Assembly (NCBI GenBank): GCA_964291395.2
Contig: OZ219856.1
Coordinates: 672,001-736,000 of the forward strand
Source: Alphaproteobacteria bacterium
Lineage (GTDB): Bacteria; Pseudomonadota; Alphaproteobacteria; UBA2966
DNA: 64,000 nt
Reading direction: 5' to 3'
Below are positions 39,620 to 49,374 of the stretch, one piece after another. The position numbers and the translations under genes were made by a program. Every line of letters begins with the position of its first letter. Position 1 is the stretch's first letter. A model generated the notes under the pieces. The model ran no database searches and was not told the origin of the DNA. It saw only the letters and a program-made list of their open reading frames with translations.

Positions 39620-40684
39620 ATGGAATTCGGAATTTTCAACCTGCTCAGCCGCCGGCTGGAGTCGCAGACGATCAACCAGATCGTCGAGGAGGCCGCGGAG
39701 ACGGTCAAGCTGGCGGATCAGGCTGGCTTCACCACGGCCTGGTTCCCGGAGCACCACTACTCGAACTACTCGATCGCGCCGTCACCGCTGATGATGTGCG
39801 CCTTTTGCGCCCCCACCACCCGCCGGATCAAGCTCGGCACGGCCATCGTCATCGGCACGCTCTATCAGCCGGCGCGGCTGCTGTCGGAGGTGGCCTTCGT
39901 CGACGGCATGACCGACGGCCGGCTCGTGCTCGGTTTCGGCAGCGGCTATCAGCCTCACGAGTTCAAGCGTTTCGGCATCGATCTGCAGCACTCGCCGGAC
40001 ATCACGGAAGAGGTGCTGGACATCGTGGAGGGCGGACTCACCAACGACTCCTTCGAGTACCACGGCAAGCATTTCGATTTTCCGCATACCTACATGGCCC
40101 TGCGGCCCGTACAGCCCATGCCGGAAGTCTGGATCGCCGGCAACAACGCCCAGATGCAGCGCCGGGCGGCCCGAAGCGGCTATCCGCTGATCGTCTCGGC
40201 GCTGGTGAAGGACATCGATTTCGTGGCGGGCCTGCGCGAAACGGCGGAGCGGAACTGGAACGACGCGGGCGTCGACCCGGCGAACATGCGGCTCGCCACC
40301 CTTCGCTTCGCCTATGTCACCGACGACCACGGGGACGCCCTGGAATTCGGCGACAGCGCACGGTTCCAGTACCGGCTGGCCCGCAACCTGCGCTTCCGCA
40401 AGGAAGAGCTCGAGGAGGGTCTGTTGCCTGAGGTTCCCTTTGAGGACGAACCGACACTGGAGGAGCTCGTCGCGAACAATCCCATCGGCGATCCGGAAAC
40501 GGTCGCGGAGCGTATCGTCGAGGAAGTGCGCAGGGTCGGCTCGTTCCACATGAGCTTGTACATGCACGTCGGCTCGATGCCGCTCGAGAAGTCGATGCGG
40601 TCGATCGAGCGCTTCGCCGCCGAGGTCATGCCCCTCGTGGAGAAGGAGCTGGACGAACCGGTGACCGCCGCCGCCGCCGAGTAG
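39620..40684 (+). CDS. Luciferase-like (LLM) flavin-dependent oxidoreductase
   Basis: [39 protein letters not shown]. Confidence 0.93.
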   Translation: MEFGIFNLLSRRLESQTINQIVEEAAETVKLADQAGFTTAWFPEHHYSNYSIAPSPLMMCAFCAPTTRRIKLGTAIVIGTLYQPARLLSEVAFVDGMTDGRLVLGFGSGYQPHEFKRFGIDLQHSPDITEEVLDIVEGGLTNDSFEYHGKHFDFPHTYMALRPVQPMPEVWIAGNNAQMQRRAARSGYPLIVSALVKDIDFVAGLRETAERNWNDAGVDPANMRLATLRFAYVTDDHGDALEFGDSARFQYRLARNLRFRKEELEEGLLPEVPFEDEPTLEELVANNPIGDPETVAERIVEEVRRVGSFHMSLYMHVGSMPLEKSMRSIERFAAEVMPLVEKELDEPVTAAAAE

Positions 40685-40728
40685 CGCGAATCAACGGTTT
40701 TCCTTCTCCCGAAGAGGGGAGACGGCAC

Positions 40729-41196
40729 GTGACCGAAACGCTCGATCCCAGCAAGCGGCAGAACATCACCCTGGTGACCGGCGTCATCGGTTCCGATACG
40801 CACATCGTCGGCAACCGCATCCTGTCGATGGCACTGGAAGAGGCGGGGTATTCCATCGTCATCCTCGGCGCCCTGACGCCGGCGGACGAATTCATCAAGG
40901 CCGCCATCGAGACGGCAGCCGACGGCATCATGGTTTCGTCGCTCTATGGCCAGGGCGAGCTCGACTGCCGCGGCTTCAGGGAACTTTGCGTCGAAGCGGG
41001 GCTCGACGACATCCTGCTCTACGTGGGGGGCAACCTCGTCGTGGGCAAGACTCCGTGGGAAGTGGTCGAGAAACGCTTTCTGGACATGGGGTTCGACCGC
41101 GCTTTTCCGCCGGGTACGCGCACCCCGGAGGTCGTCGAGGCCCTGGACAGGGATTTCGCCGCGCGCGCCCGGGGCAAGCGGACCGCCGACTCGTGA
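40729..41196 (+). CDS. mamA: Glutamate-mutase-like cobalamin-binding S subunit (GlmS/MamA type)
   Basis: [12 protein letters not shown] (DxHxxG), [16 protein letters not shown]. Confidence 0.9.
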   Translation: MTETLDPSKRQNITLVTGVIGSDTHIVGNRILSMALEEAGYSIVILGALTPADEFIKAAIETAADGIMVSSLYGQGELDCRGFRELCVEAGLDDILLYVGGNLVVGKTPWEVVEKRFLDMGFDRAFPPGTRTPEVVEALDRDFAARARGKRTADS

Positions 41197-42632
41197 GCGG
41201 AGACGCCGCGGCCGCGCTGCTCATCGACTTCGGCAGCACCTACACCAAACTTCGCGCGATCGACCTGGAGCGAGCCGAGATCATCGGTTCGGGCCAGGGA
41301 CCGTCGACGGTCACGACCGACATCACGGTCGGCATGGAGGCGGCGCTCGCGGACCTGGAAGGCCGCATCGGCGGCCTTCCCGATTTCACGTACCGGCTGG
41401 CGACGTCCAGCGCCGCGGGCGGCCTGCGCATGGTCACCGTGGGGCTGGTCAAGGAGCTGACGGCGGAAGCGGCGCGGGTTGCCGCGCTGGGCGCCGGCGC
41501 CAGGCTGATCGGCACGTACGCCTATCGGTTGACCGCCGGCGACATCGCCGGGATCGAGGGTCACAGTCCCGATATCATCCTGCTCGCCGGCGGCACCGAC
41601 GGCGGCAATGACGAAGTGATTCGGCACAATGCCCGGGTCCTCGCGGAGTGCGGCATCACCTGTCCCGTGGTCGTCGCAGGAAACCGGGAGGCGACGGACG
41701 ACATCTCCGCACGGCTGGACTCGGCGGGAAAGACGGCGGTTCCCACCGAGAACGTCATGCCGGAATTCAACGTGCTCAATATCGAGCCGGCGCGCGCCGC
41801 GATCCGCCGGATCTTCATAGATCGGATCGTCCACGCCAAGGGGATCGATCGGGCGGCGGAGATGTTCGACGAGATCCTCATGCCGACGCCGGAGGCGGTC
41901 ATGGAAGGCGCGCGTCTGCTCGCCGACGGCACCGGCGGGCAGAACGGTCTGGGGCCGCTGCTCGTGGTGGACATCGGGGGCGCGACGACGGACGTGCATT
42001 CGGTGGCGGCCGGGGAGCCGACCCTCGAGGGCGCGATTCAGCGAGGGCTGCCCGAGCCTTACGTCAAGCGCACCGTCGAGGGCGATCTCGGGATGCGCCA
42101 CAACGCTCTCTCCATCGTCGAGGCGGCGGGTCTGGACACCCTGGCCTCGGAAGCCAGGCTGACCGGGGATCGCTTCCGGGAAAATCTGGCAATGATTTCC
42201 GGCGACGTGGAACGGCTGCCGGAGACGGACGAGGAACGGGCGGTCGACCGGGCACTCGCGCGTGCCGCGACCCTCATCGCCGTGCGTCGCCACTCGGGCA
42301 GGACCGAGACCGTCTATACGGCCATGGGGCCGGCGGTCGCTCAACACGGAAAGGATTTGTCCGGCGTGGGGGCCGTCATCGGTACCGGCGGCGCGCTCGT
42401 ACACGGAAACGACCCCGCGGGAATCCTGGCCAAAGCGTGCGCCGATCCGAACGACCCGGAGTCGCTCCGTCCGCGTGCGCCCCGCCTGTATCTGGATCGG
42501 GAATATCTGTTATACGCCTGCGGCTTGCTCGGAACCGTGGAGCCGAAAGCCGCCTTGACCTTGGGCCTCGCCCATATGCATCCTGTCGCCGAGGAGGAAC
42601 ACGGGAATGGCCGAAGTTCTGCCGCCGGATAG
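41193..42632 (+). CDS. glmL: GlmL/MutL-type mutase accessory ATPase (actin fold)
   Basis: [50 protein letters not shown]. Confidence 0.92.
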   Translation: MSGDAAAALLIDFGSTYTKLRAIDLERAEIIGSGQGPSTVTTDITVGMEAALADLEGRIGGLPDFTYRLATSSAAGGLRMVTVGLVKELTAEAARVAALGAGARLIGTYAYRLTAGDIAGIEGHSPDIILLAGGTDGGNDEVIRHNARVLAECGITCPVVVAGNREATDDISARLDSAGKTAVPTENVMPEFNVLNIEPARAAIRRIFIDRIVHAKGIDRAAEMFDEILMPTPEAVMEGARLLADGTGGQNGLGPLLVVDIGGATTDVHSVAAGEPTLEGAIQRGLPEPYVKRTVEGDLGMRHNALSIVEAAGLDTLASEARLTGDRFRENLAMISGDVERLPETDEERAVDRALARAATLIAVRRHSGRTETVYTAMGPAVAQHGKDLSGVGAVIGTGGALVHGNDPAGILAKACADPNDPESLRPRAPRLYLDREYLLYACGLLGTVEPKAALTLGLAHMHPVAEEEHGNGRSSAAG

Positions 42633-44115
42633 CGTTGCGTCGCCACTGTCCGAAATCCGGATTCCGGATGACGAATTCGCCAGGATGCGCAAGGAGAACC
42701 TGGCGCGCTGGCCGACGGGCGCGGGCGTCGATTTCGATGCCGCGGTCGACTACCACAAGAACCTGCCCATGCATAAACGGCTCGCCTGGGTGATGCGGCG
42801 GGCGGACGCGGAGGGCCGCACGCTTACCCAGCCGCGCGGCGGCTTCGGCACGCTGGAGATGCAGAGGGAACTGATGACCACCCTCGACCGGGAGGGCTTG
42901 GCCGACATCGTTCCGACCACGACGGACAGCTACACGCGAAACGAGCGCTGGGAACAGGCCCAGCACGGCATCGAGGAGTCGAAGCGCCTGGGGCGCTCGA
43001 TGCTGAACGGGTTCCCCATGGTGAACTACGGGGTCGAGGACACCCGGAAGCTGATCGAGGCGATCGACAAGCCCGCCGTCATGTTGACCGGCACCGCGAT
43101 GCCCAAACTGACCGGCGAAGTCGGCTACGCGGCCGGGTATTCGGGATATCTGGGATCAGCCATCGCCTACACGCTCTCCTACACCAAGGAGATCCCGATC
43201 GAGATCGGCATCCGCAACTACCAGTACCTCGACCGGCTGGCGTCGATGTACCTGGAGCACGGGGTCGAACTGCACCGCCGCCAACCGGGATTTCTCACCG
43301 GGACCAACATCCCGCCCTGTATCGCCATCGTCACGGCCGTGTTGGACGTGCTGCTGGCCGCGGCTCAGGGCGTTCGCAATTACGGCCTCGAGCTCGGTCA
43401 GACGTTGCACCTGATCCAGGACGCCGCCGCCATCCGGGTCTGCCGCGAGATGTGCCAGGAGTATCTGACCAGGAAGGGATACGAGGACGCGTTCACGCCG
43501 GTGACGTCGTTGCACTGGATGGGGGCCTGGCCGCACGACGACGCCCAGTCGGCGGCGATCGTCGCATATGGCGGCACGCTCGCGGCGGTGGGCGGCGCCA
43601 TCAGCGTCACCACGAAGAGTCTCCACGAGGCCTTCGGCATCCCGACACCGGAAGCAAACGCCGAAGGCCTGCGCGTCACCCGTATGGCCATCTACATGGC
43701 CCGCAGCATCAAGCTCGACGGTCTGCCCGAATACGAACGGGAGAAGGAAGTCATCCGCAAGGAGGTCCGCGCCGTCGTCGACAAGGTGTTGGAGATGGGT
43801 GACGGAGACGCGGCCGTCGGTACCGTACGAGCCTGCGAAGCCGGCGTGCTCGATATCCCGTGGTCCCCGAGCCGTTCGGTCAAGGGCCGCATCCTTCCGG
43901 CCCGCGATGCCGATGGATACCTGCGCATCTTGAACCCGGGTGACATGCCGTTTCCGAAGGAAGTCCTCGACTATCACGAGGAGCGCTTGCGCAAGCGCGC
44001 CGAGAAGGACGGCATGCCCTACGACCATGAGCTCGCAGTCTCGAGCGTCTACGAGATCTCCGAGCCGCTCCAGGCGCTGGCGCCGTTCCCCTATGTCCAG
44101 GAAGCGGCGGAATAG
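42607..44115 (+). CDS. Glutamate-mutase-like E subunit with altered substrate pocket
   Basis: WPTG, QPRGG, DSYTR, NGFPMVNYG, QYLDRL, HWMG, KSLHEAFGIPT, RDADG align with GlmE; see findings. Confidence 0.9.
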   Translation: MAEVLPPDSVASPLSEIRIPDDEFARMRKENLARWPTGAGVDFDAAVDYHKNLPMHKRLAWVMRRADAEGRTLTQPRGGFGTLEMQRELMTTLDREGLADIVPTTTDSYTRNERWEQAQHGIEESKRLGRSMLNGFPMVNYGVEDTRKLIEAIDKPAVMLTGTAMPKLTGEVGYAAGYSGYLGSAIAYTLSYTKEIPIEIGIRNYQYLDRLASMYLEHGVELHRRQPGFLTGTNIPPCIAIVTAVLDVLLAAAQGVRNYGLELGQTLHLIQDAAAIRVCREMCQEYLTRKGYEDAFTPVTSLHWMGAWPHDDAQSAAIVAYGGTLAAVGGAISVTTKSLHEAFGIPTPEANAEGLRVTRMAIYMARSIKLDGLPEYEREKEVIRKEVRAVVDKVLEMGDGDAAVGTVRACEAGVLDIPWSPSRSVKGRILPARDADGYLRILNPGDMPFPKEVLDYHEERLRKRAEKDGMPYDHELAVSSVYEISEPLQALAPFPYVQEAAE

Positions 44116-44142
44116 TCCGGGGCCTTTTCACGGGAGAATGGG

Positions 44143-44538
44143 ATGAAACGCATGCACGTCGGCCTCGTCGTCGAGGACGTGGCCGCCTCGGTGACGTTCT
44201 ACACGCGTCTCTTCGGCCAGCCGCCGAGCCTGGAAAAACCCGACTACGCCAAGTGGATGCTCGACGACCCGCGGGTCAACTTCTCGATCAACTCGCGCGG
44301 CAGTACGCCGGGCGACGTGCATCTCGGCATCCAGGCCGAGGACGAAGCCGAACTGGGCGAACTGCGCGAGCGCTGGACGGCGACCGGCTCGGAGACCCTG
44401 GACAGGAAGGCGCTCACGTGCGGCTATCAGACCCAGAACAAGACCTGGGTACGCGACCCCGAAGGCATGCGCTGGGAAGCCTTTCACACCTATGCGGTCA
44501 CCGACACGTTCGGCAAGAGCGAGTCGGAAGAGCGGTAA
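44143..44538 (+). CDS. ArsI/CadI-like VOC protein
   Basis: MKRMHV, DYAKWMLDDPRVNFSI, HLGIQ, WVRDPEGMRWEAF; TCGY rather than the usual CCY. Confidence 0.88.
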   Translation: MKRMHVGLVVEDVAASVTFYTRLFGQPPSLEKPDYAKWMLDDPRVNFSINSRGSTPGDVHLGIQAEDEAELGELRERWTATGSETLDRKALTCGYQTQNKTWVRDPEGMRWEAFHTYAVTDTFGKSESEER

Positions 44539-44567
44539 CGGTTCCGCGCTGCAACTCGGCGCCCATG

Positions 44568-44777
44568 CGGAAGGGGAGTTGACCGGCCATGGCCGACAAG
44601 AAAACCGCGCTGGTTCTGGGTGGAACCGGCATGGTCGGACGGAACCTCGTCATGCTGCTCGACACCCTGGACGACTGGGAGGCGATCGCCGTTTCGCGCC
44701 GGGAACCCTATTTCGAAACCAAGGCGCGTCACATCTCCTGCGACATGACGGAGCCCGACGACTGCAGGGCCAAGCTG
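44568..44777 (+). repeat. 210-bp direct repeat, copy 1 (RBS plus 5' end of SDR gene)
   Basis: Identical by eye to 46217-46426; offset 1649 bp. Confidence 0.95.
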
Positions 44778-44795
44778 GGTGGGCAGCGCGCTTGA
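44589..44795 (+). pseudogene. Truncated duplicate of the 46238 SDR gene
   Basis: First 63 codons identical to 46238 gene, then diverges and stops. Confidence 0.9.
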
Positions 44796-45136
44796 GGTAT
44801 TCACCTACGCCGTGTTCGGCCCACATTTGGTCCTTTACGCGGTGTTCGGCGTTGCTTGCTGCTCAGCCCGATCGTGTTCTGGAGAAACGCCCCTCCTATC
44901 GACCGTATTTGGTCCGGTCCCGGCTTCTGCCTGATCGTGTCACACATGGCCTTGAAGGCTTTACAACGACCTTAAATCAGGCAATTCCGATTATTATTGC
45001 CATAATCTCAACCGCTTGATCGGGCTTCAAATTTCATAAAGTATCGTCAAGTTGTTTCATGCAATTCCATCACGGATTGTGGTGGTGTCGCGCTCCCTTC
45101 GTGGGCGAAACCCGGGAAGGGGGGAAGGGGTGCGAG

Positions 45137-45451
45137 ATGGCCAAGCATATCCGGTGCTACGCCGAGGGCAGAGGTGATGAATGGACCGCGATCTGTCTGA
45201 ACTTCGATATCGCGGTGCAAGGACATTCGTTCGAGGACGTGAAGGAATGCCTTGAGGGCGCAATCGATCTGTTCCTCGAAGGCGTAGCGGAGCTTCCCGC
45301 TAAAGACCGGAACCGTCTCCTGCGTAGATCGGCACCTGTGTCCATGCTGAAGTATTTGCGAGCCGTGGTCTGGTCGTGGATCTTCGGCGACTCGGAGGAT
45401 GGGGAGCAACACCAGCATCACTACACGATGCCGTTTGCCGGCACAGCCTGA
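45137..45451 (+). CDS. HicB-like antitoxin
   Basis: WTAICLNFDIAVQGHSFEDVKECLEGAIDLFLE. Confidence 0.8.
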   Translation: MAKHIRCYAEGRGDEWTAICLNFDIAVQGHSFEDVKECLEGAIDLFLEGVAELPAKDRNRLLRRSAPVSMLKYLRAVVWSWIFGDSEDGEQHQHHYTMPFAGTA

Positions 45452-45457
45452 CCGGCT

Positions 45458-45668
45458 TTAGTCGAAATAAGACTTCGGGAGACCCCTGGCGGATGATCGA
45501 GGGAGTGGCGGGGTGTATATCGTCGCTTTCGCGCGAACAAGCGATAGTCACGAGCCGGACCTTACCGTTGACCACACCACGATAGTTTCTATGGCTTCCC
45601 TTCTGGCGTTTCAACTCGAAACCGTTCCGAAGCAGGACGCGAACGATGTCTCGGAATTTCTTCGTCAT
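45458..45668 (-). pseudogene. HicA-family toxin, frameshifted near C-terminus
   Basis: MTKKFRDIVRVLLRNGFELKRQKGSHRNY; native end GLPKSYFD* is in another frame. Confidence 0.8.
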
Positions 45669-45770
45669 CTGAATGTGGTCGGCGTGCTCACGGAGTCACC
45701 TTGCTCGCACCGAACATGACGCGCACCGCGATTCTGCGCGTCTCTGGCTTTCATCAATCAAATGTAGACA

Positions 45771-45783
45771 AATCAATATGTTG
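45771..45783 (+). promoter_or_regulatory. IHF binding site
   Basis: AATCAATATGTTG exact match to WATCAANNNNTTR in AT-rich islet. Confidence 0.5.
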
Positions 45784-46216
45784 TCATAATCATCCACAGG
45801 TCGGTTCGATTTGTAACTGGATCTTCCCACAAGATTTTGTGTCGACACGACACTTATTTTCCATATTTTGAGGGTGCGCCACTGCTTTGTGCGACTGTGA
45901 GAACGTAGGACGAACACGCCGCCGTACATACGCTGCGTCGATCGACTCGTCCGTCACGTCGTCGAGAACGGCCGTCATCGGTCTCGCCCCGGTCGATGGA
46001 TGCCAGCGGTCCATTTACGCGGGTGTACCAGCGGGTCGAAACGCGAGCTCGGCTTCGGGCGCATCCCGACGGTCGGGGTCACGGCGCGACAAGAGCGCGC
46101 GCGGATGCGATTCGGGACCCTCCCGCCCTGTCGGGCGGAGGAACGCAAGTCGGGAGGATGTCGATAGAAAGCGGAATCGGCGTGCCTGTGATATAAGCCG
46201 GCCGTGTCGTACCGTT

Positions 46217-46426
46217 CGGAAGGGGAGTTGACCGGCCATGGCCGACAAGAAAACCGCGCTGGTTCTGGGTGGAACCGGCATGGTCGGACGGAACCTCGTC
46301 ATGCTGCTCGACACCCTGGACGACTGGGAGGCGATCGCCGTTTCGCGCCGGGAACCCTATTTCGAAACCAAGGCGCGTCACATCTCCTGCGACATGACGG
46401 AGCCCGACGACTGCAGGGCCAAGCTG
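46217..46426 (+). repeat. 210-bp direct repeat, copy 2
   Basis: Identical by eye to 44568-44777. Confidence 0.95.
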
Positions 46427-47290
46427 TCGGGCATCGGCGACGTTACCCATGTCTTCTTCTGCGGGCACGCCACCGGTATCCGGTGGGCGGAGAAAGCGCC
46501 CGAGGATACCGACCTCTTCCGCAATTCGATGGATGCCGCGCTGCCCAACCTCCCCAATTTGCGGCACGTCTGCCTGATGCAGGGATCGAAGTACTACGGG
46601 CGGCATCTCGGGCCGTTCAAGACGCCGGCGCGGGAAGAAGACCCGCGTCACATGCCGCCCAATTTCTACTACACGCAGCAGGACCGCCTGATGGAGCTCT
46701 CGGAGGGGCAGTCATGGGGCTGGTCGTGCGCGCGACCTCACATCGTCACCGGATACGCGCGCACGGACCTCAATCTGACGAAGCCGATCGCGGTCTACGC
46801 GACGGTCTCCAGGGAGCTCGGCCTGCCGCTTCGCTATCCCGGCAACGAAGCCGCTTACCGGGCCCTTCACTGCGCCTCGGACGTCGAGCTTCTGGCCCGC
46901 GCGATGGTGTGGATGTCGACCACGCCGGAATGCGCCGGAGAAGCCTTCAACGTGGTCAACGGCGACTATTTCCGCTGGGAGAACGTGTGGCCGAAGATCG
47001 CCGACTATTTCGGGATGGAGTGCGGCCCCGTCCAGGAGATCGATCTCGAACAGATGATGTCGGACAAGGAACCGCTGTGGAACGAGATCGTCAAGAAGCA
47101 CGGCTTGGTGGAGACGCCATGGGCGGAAGCGGCCCATTGGGGGTATGCCGACTACGCCTTCGCGCCCTCCTGGGACGTGATGCTCGATTCCCTGAAACTC
47201 CGGAAGTTCGGGTTCCACGACTACGTGGACAGCGAGGAGATGTTCATCCGCATCTTCGACAACTTCCGGCGCGACAGGTTCATTCCGTAA
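46238..47290 (+). CDS. PRISE-like (progesterone 5-beta-reductase/iridoid synthase type) SDR
   Basis: GGTGMVG, SRR, GSKYYG, PPNFYY, GEAFN. Confidence 0.85.
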   Translation: MADKKTALVLGGTGMVGRNLVMLLDTLDDWEAIAVSRREPYFETKARHISCDMTEPDDCRAKLSGIGDVTHVFFCGHATGIRWAEKAPEDTDLFRNSMDAALPNLPNLRHVCLMQGSKYYGRHLGPFKTPAREEDPRHMPPNFYYTQQDRLMELSEGQSWGWSCARPHIVTGYARTDLNLTKPIAVYATVSRELGLPLRYPGNEAAYRALHCASDVELLARAMVWMSTTPECAGEAFNVVNGDYFRWENVWPKIADYFGMECGPVQEIDLEQMMSDKEPLWNEIVKKHGLVETPWAEAAHWGYADYAFAPSWDVMLDSLKLRKFGFHDYVDSEEMFIRIFDNFRRDRFIP

Positions 47291-47307
47291 ACGGCGCGGG
47301 GCCGGCC

Positions 47308-47847
47308 GTGGCGCGAGAGTCCGACAACGGGGGCGAGGGGCAGGCGCTCAGCTATACCGACGTTCTCGATATTCTCGAGATCGTCGACGGCGTCGGCGAG
47401 GGCTGCGAGCTGACCGTCGACGTGGGCGACTTTCATCTGCATTTCGTGAAGGATGCCGCAGGCGGGGCGTCGGCAAGTCCGGAACCGGCGCCCGGGCCCG
47501 AACCTGCGGTTCCCGGACCGCGGGCCGCCGAAACGGAGGAACCGGCACCCACGGAGGCGTCCGAAACGGAGGCCTTTTCGGCCGACGAGCCGGCGGACCC
47601 CAATCTGTTCGAAGTCGAGTCGCCGATGGTCGGGACATTCTATCGTCGTCCGGCTCCGGACCGGCCGCCGTTCGTCGAAATCGGCCAGGACGTGGGACCC
47701 GACGACGCGGTCTGCCTCGTCGAGGTGATGAAACTGTTCAATACCATCGTGGCCGGCCAGGCCGGACGCATCGCCGAAATCTGCGTCGAGGATGCCACGC
47801 CCGTCGCGGTGGGACAGGTCCTCGTCCGCATCGATCCCGCGGACTGA
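47308..47847 (+). CDS. Biotin carboxyl carrier protein
   Basis: Pro/Ala/Glu linker, SPMVGTFYRRP, EVMKLF biotinyl-Lys. Confidence 0.92.
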   Translation: MARESDNGGEGQALSYTDVLDILEIVDGVGEGCELTVDVGDFHLHFVKDAAGGASASPEPAPGPEPAVPGPRAAETEEPAPTEASETEAFSADEPADPNLFEVESPMVGTFYRRPAPDRPPFVEIGQDVGPDDAVCLVEVMKLFNTIVAGQAGRIAEICVEDATPVAVGQVLVRIDPAD

Positions 47848-47869
47848 CCCGGCCGTACCGTATCCTCCC

Positions 47870-49339
47870 GTGAGCCGCGAGATCCCCATCGTCGAAGAAG
47901 CCCTGCGGGATGCCCACCAGTGCCTGTGGTCGACCCGCATGACCAACGAGATGATGCTGCCCATCGTCGAGCGCATGGACGCGGTGGGCTACGACGCGAT
48001 GGACCTGATCGGCGGTGCGGTCTGGGATGTTTCGATCCGCTTTCTGCTGGAGGACCCGTGGGAGCGGATCCGGCACGTTCGCAGGCTCGTGACCAGAACA
48101 CCCCTGAATGCCTGGGTCCGCGGTCAGAGTCTGTGGACCTTCGAGGTCTTTCCGGACGAGGTGGTCGAGCTCGCCATGGAGCGACTGGCGGCGAACGGCA
48201 TTCGGCGGGCCACGATCTACGACCACATCAACGACATGGAGGGTCTCCACGTCGTCGTCGGCAAAGCGGTCGAAGTCGGGCTCGAGGTGTCGGGCGCCCT
48301 GGTCTTCACCTTGAGCCCGGTCCATACGGACGGGCATTTCGCCGAGCGCGCGGCCCAATTCGTCCGGATGGGTGCGACCGAGGTCGTCGTCAAGGACCCG
48401 AGCGGTCTTCTGTCGGTCGAGCGCATCCGAACCCTGGCACCGGCCCTCAAGAAGGCCATCGGTGACGCTGCGCTCAACCTGCACACCCACTGCATGACCG
48501 GCCGCGCCCCCGATGTCCTGCTCGAGTCCGTCGACTACGGGATGGACAAGCTGCACTGCGCGATCTCGCCGCTGGCGCACGGCGCGTCTCATTCGCCCAC
48601 GGAATGGATCGCCGAGAAGCTGGTCGGGAAGGGGTACTCGACACGGCTGGACGCGGAACTTCTCGGCGAGATCGCGGACTATTTCCATTTCGTCGCGCGC
48701 CGCTGGGACAAGCCGGTCGGCGAGCCCGTGCCGTTCGACCCGCGCGTGCTGGAGCACCAGATGCCCGGCGGCATGATCTCCAACCTCGCGAGTCAGCTCG
48801 CGACGGTCGGACTGGAACGCCGCCTGGACGAAGTCCTCGACGAGATGGGCCGGGTGCGCAAGGAACTCGGTTACCTGCCGATCGTCAGCCCTTCGGCCCA
48901 GTTCATCGCCACCCAGTCGGTCCTCAACCTGGTGCAGGGGGAGCGCTACAAGACCATTCCCGACGAGCTGCGGAAGTACATTCTCGGCTACTACGGCCGT
49001 CCGCCGGCGCCGGTCGACCAGAACCTCGTCGACCGCGTGGCCAGGAAGAGCTCCGACGTCGTCACCGGGCCCAGCGGCTCTCACGTTCCCCCGGTGCTCG
49101 ACAAGATCCGCAAGGAGCGGGGTCCCTTCGAGTCGGACGATGACCTGCTGCTCGCCGCGATGTATCCGGACGAGATCATCCGCCCTCTGTTCGAAGCGCG
49201 CGACAAGGCCGACTATTCCGCGTTCTACCGCGCCGACACGCCGGCCGACTACCTCCTGAAGGAGGTCAGGGCCCGTCCAGGGCTGCGGAGCTTCGAGCTC
49301 TCCACGGGGGCCGGTTTCGACGTCGTCTATAGTCACTGA
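47870..49339 (+). CDS. Pyruvate carboxyltransferase-type subunit (PycB/OadA-like, no biotinyl domain)
   Basis: LRDAHQCLWSTRM, EDPWERI, VKDPSG, LHTHC, HQMPGGMISN. Confidence 0.9.
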   Translation: MSREIPIVEEALRDAHQCLWSTRMTNEMMLPIVERMDAVGYDAMDLIGGAVWDVSIRFLLEDPWERIRHVRRLVTRTPLNAWVRGQSLWTFEVFPDEVVELAMERLAANGIRRATIYDHINDMEGLHVVVGKAVEVGLEVSGALVFTLSPVHTDGHFAERAAQFVRMGATEVVVKDPSGLLSVERIRTLAPALKKAIGDAALNLHTHCMTGRAPDVLLESVDYGMDKLHCAISPLAHGASHSPTEWIAEKLVGKGYSTRLDAELLGEIADYFHFVARRWDKPVGEPVPFDPRVLEHQMPGGMISNLASQLATVGLERRLDEVLDEMGRVRKELGYLPIVSPSAQFIATQSVLNLVQGERYKTIPDELRKYILGYYGRPPAPVDQNLVDRVARKSSDVVTGPSGSHVPPVLDKIRKERGPFESDDDLLLAAMYPDEIIRPLFEARDKADYSAFYRADTPADYLLKEVRARPGLRSFELSTGAGFDVVYSH

Positions 49340-49374
49340 CGATCCGGCGCCACTGACAGGAAAGGAGCTTCGTC

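Noticed and set aside
40729-44115. Standard glutamate fermentation (methylaspartate) pathway
   Set aside because: No methylaspartate ammonia-lyase in window and glutamate-binding residues appear substituted
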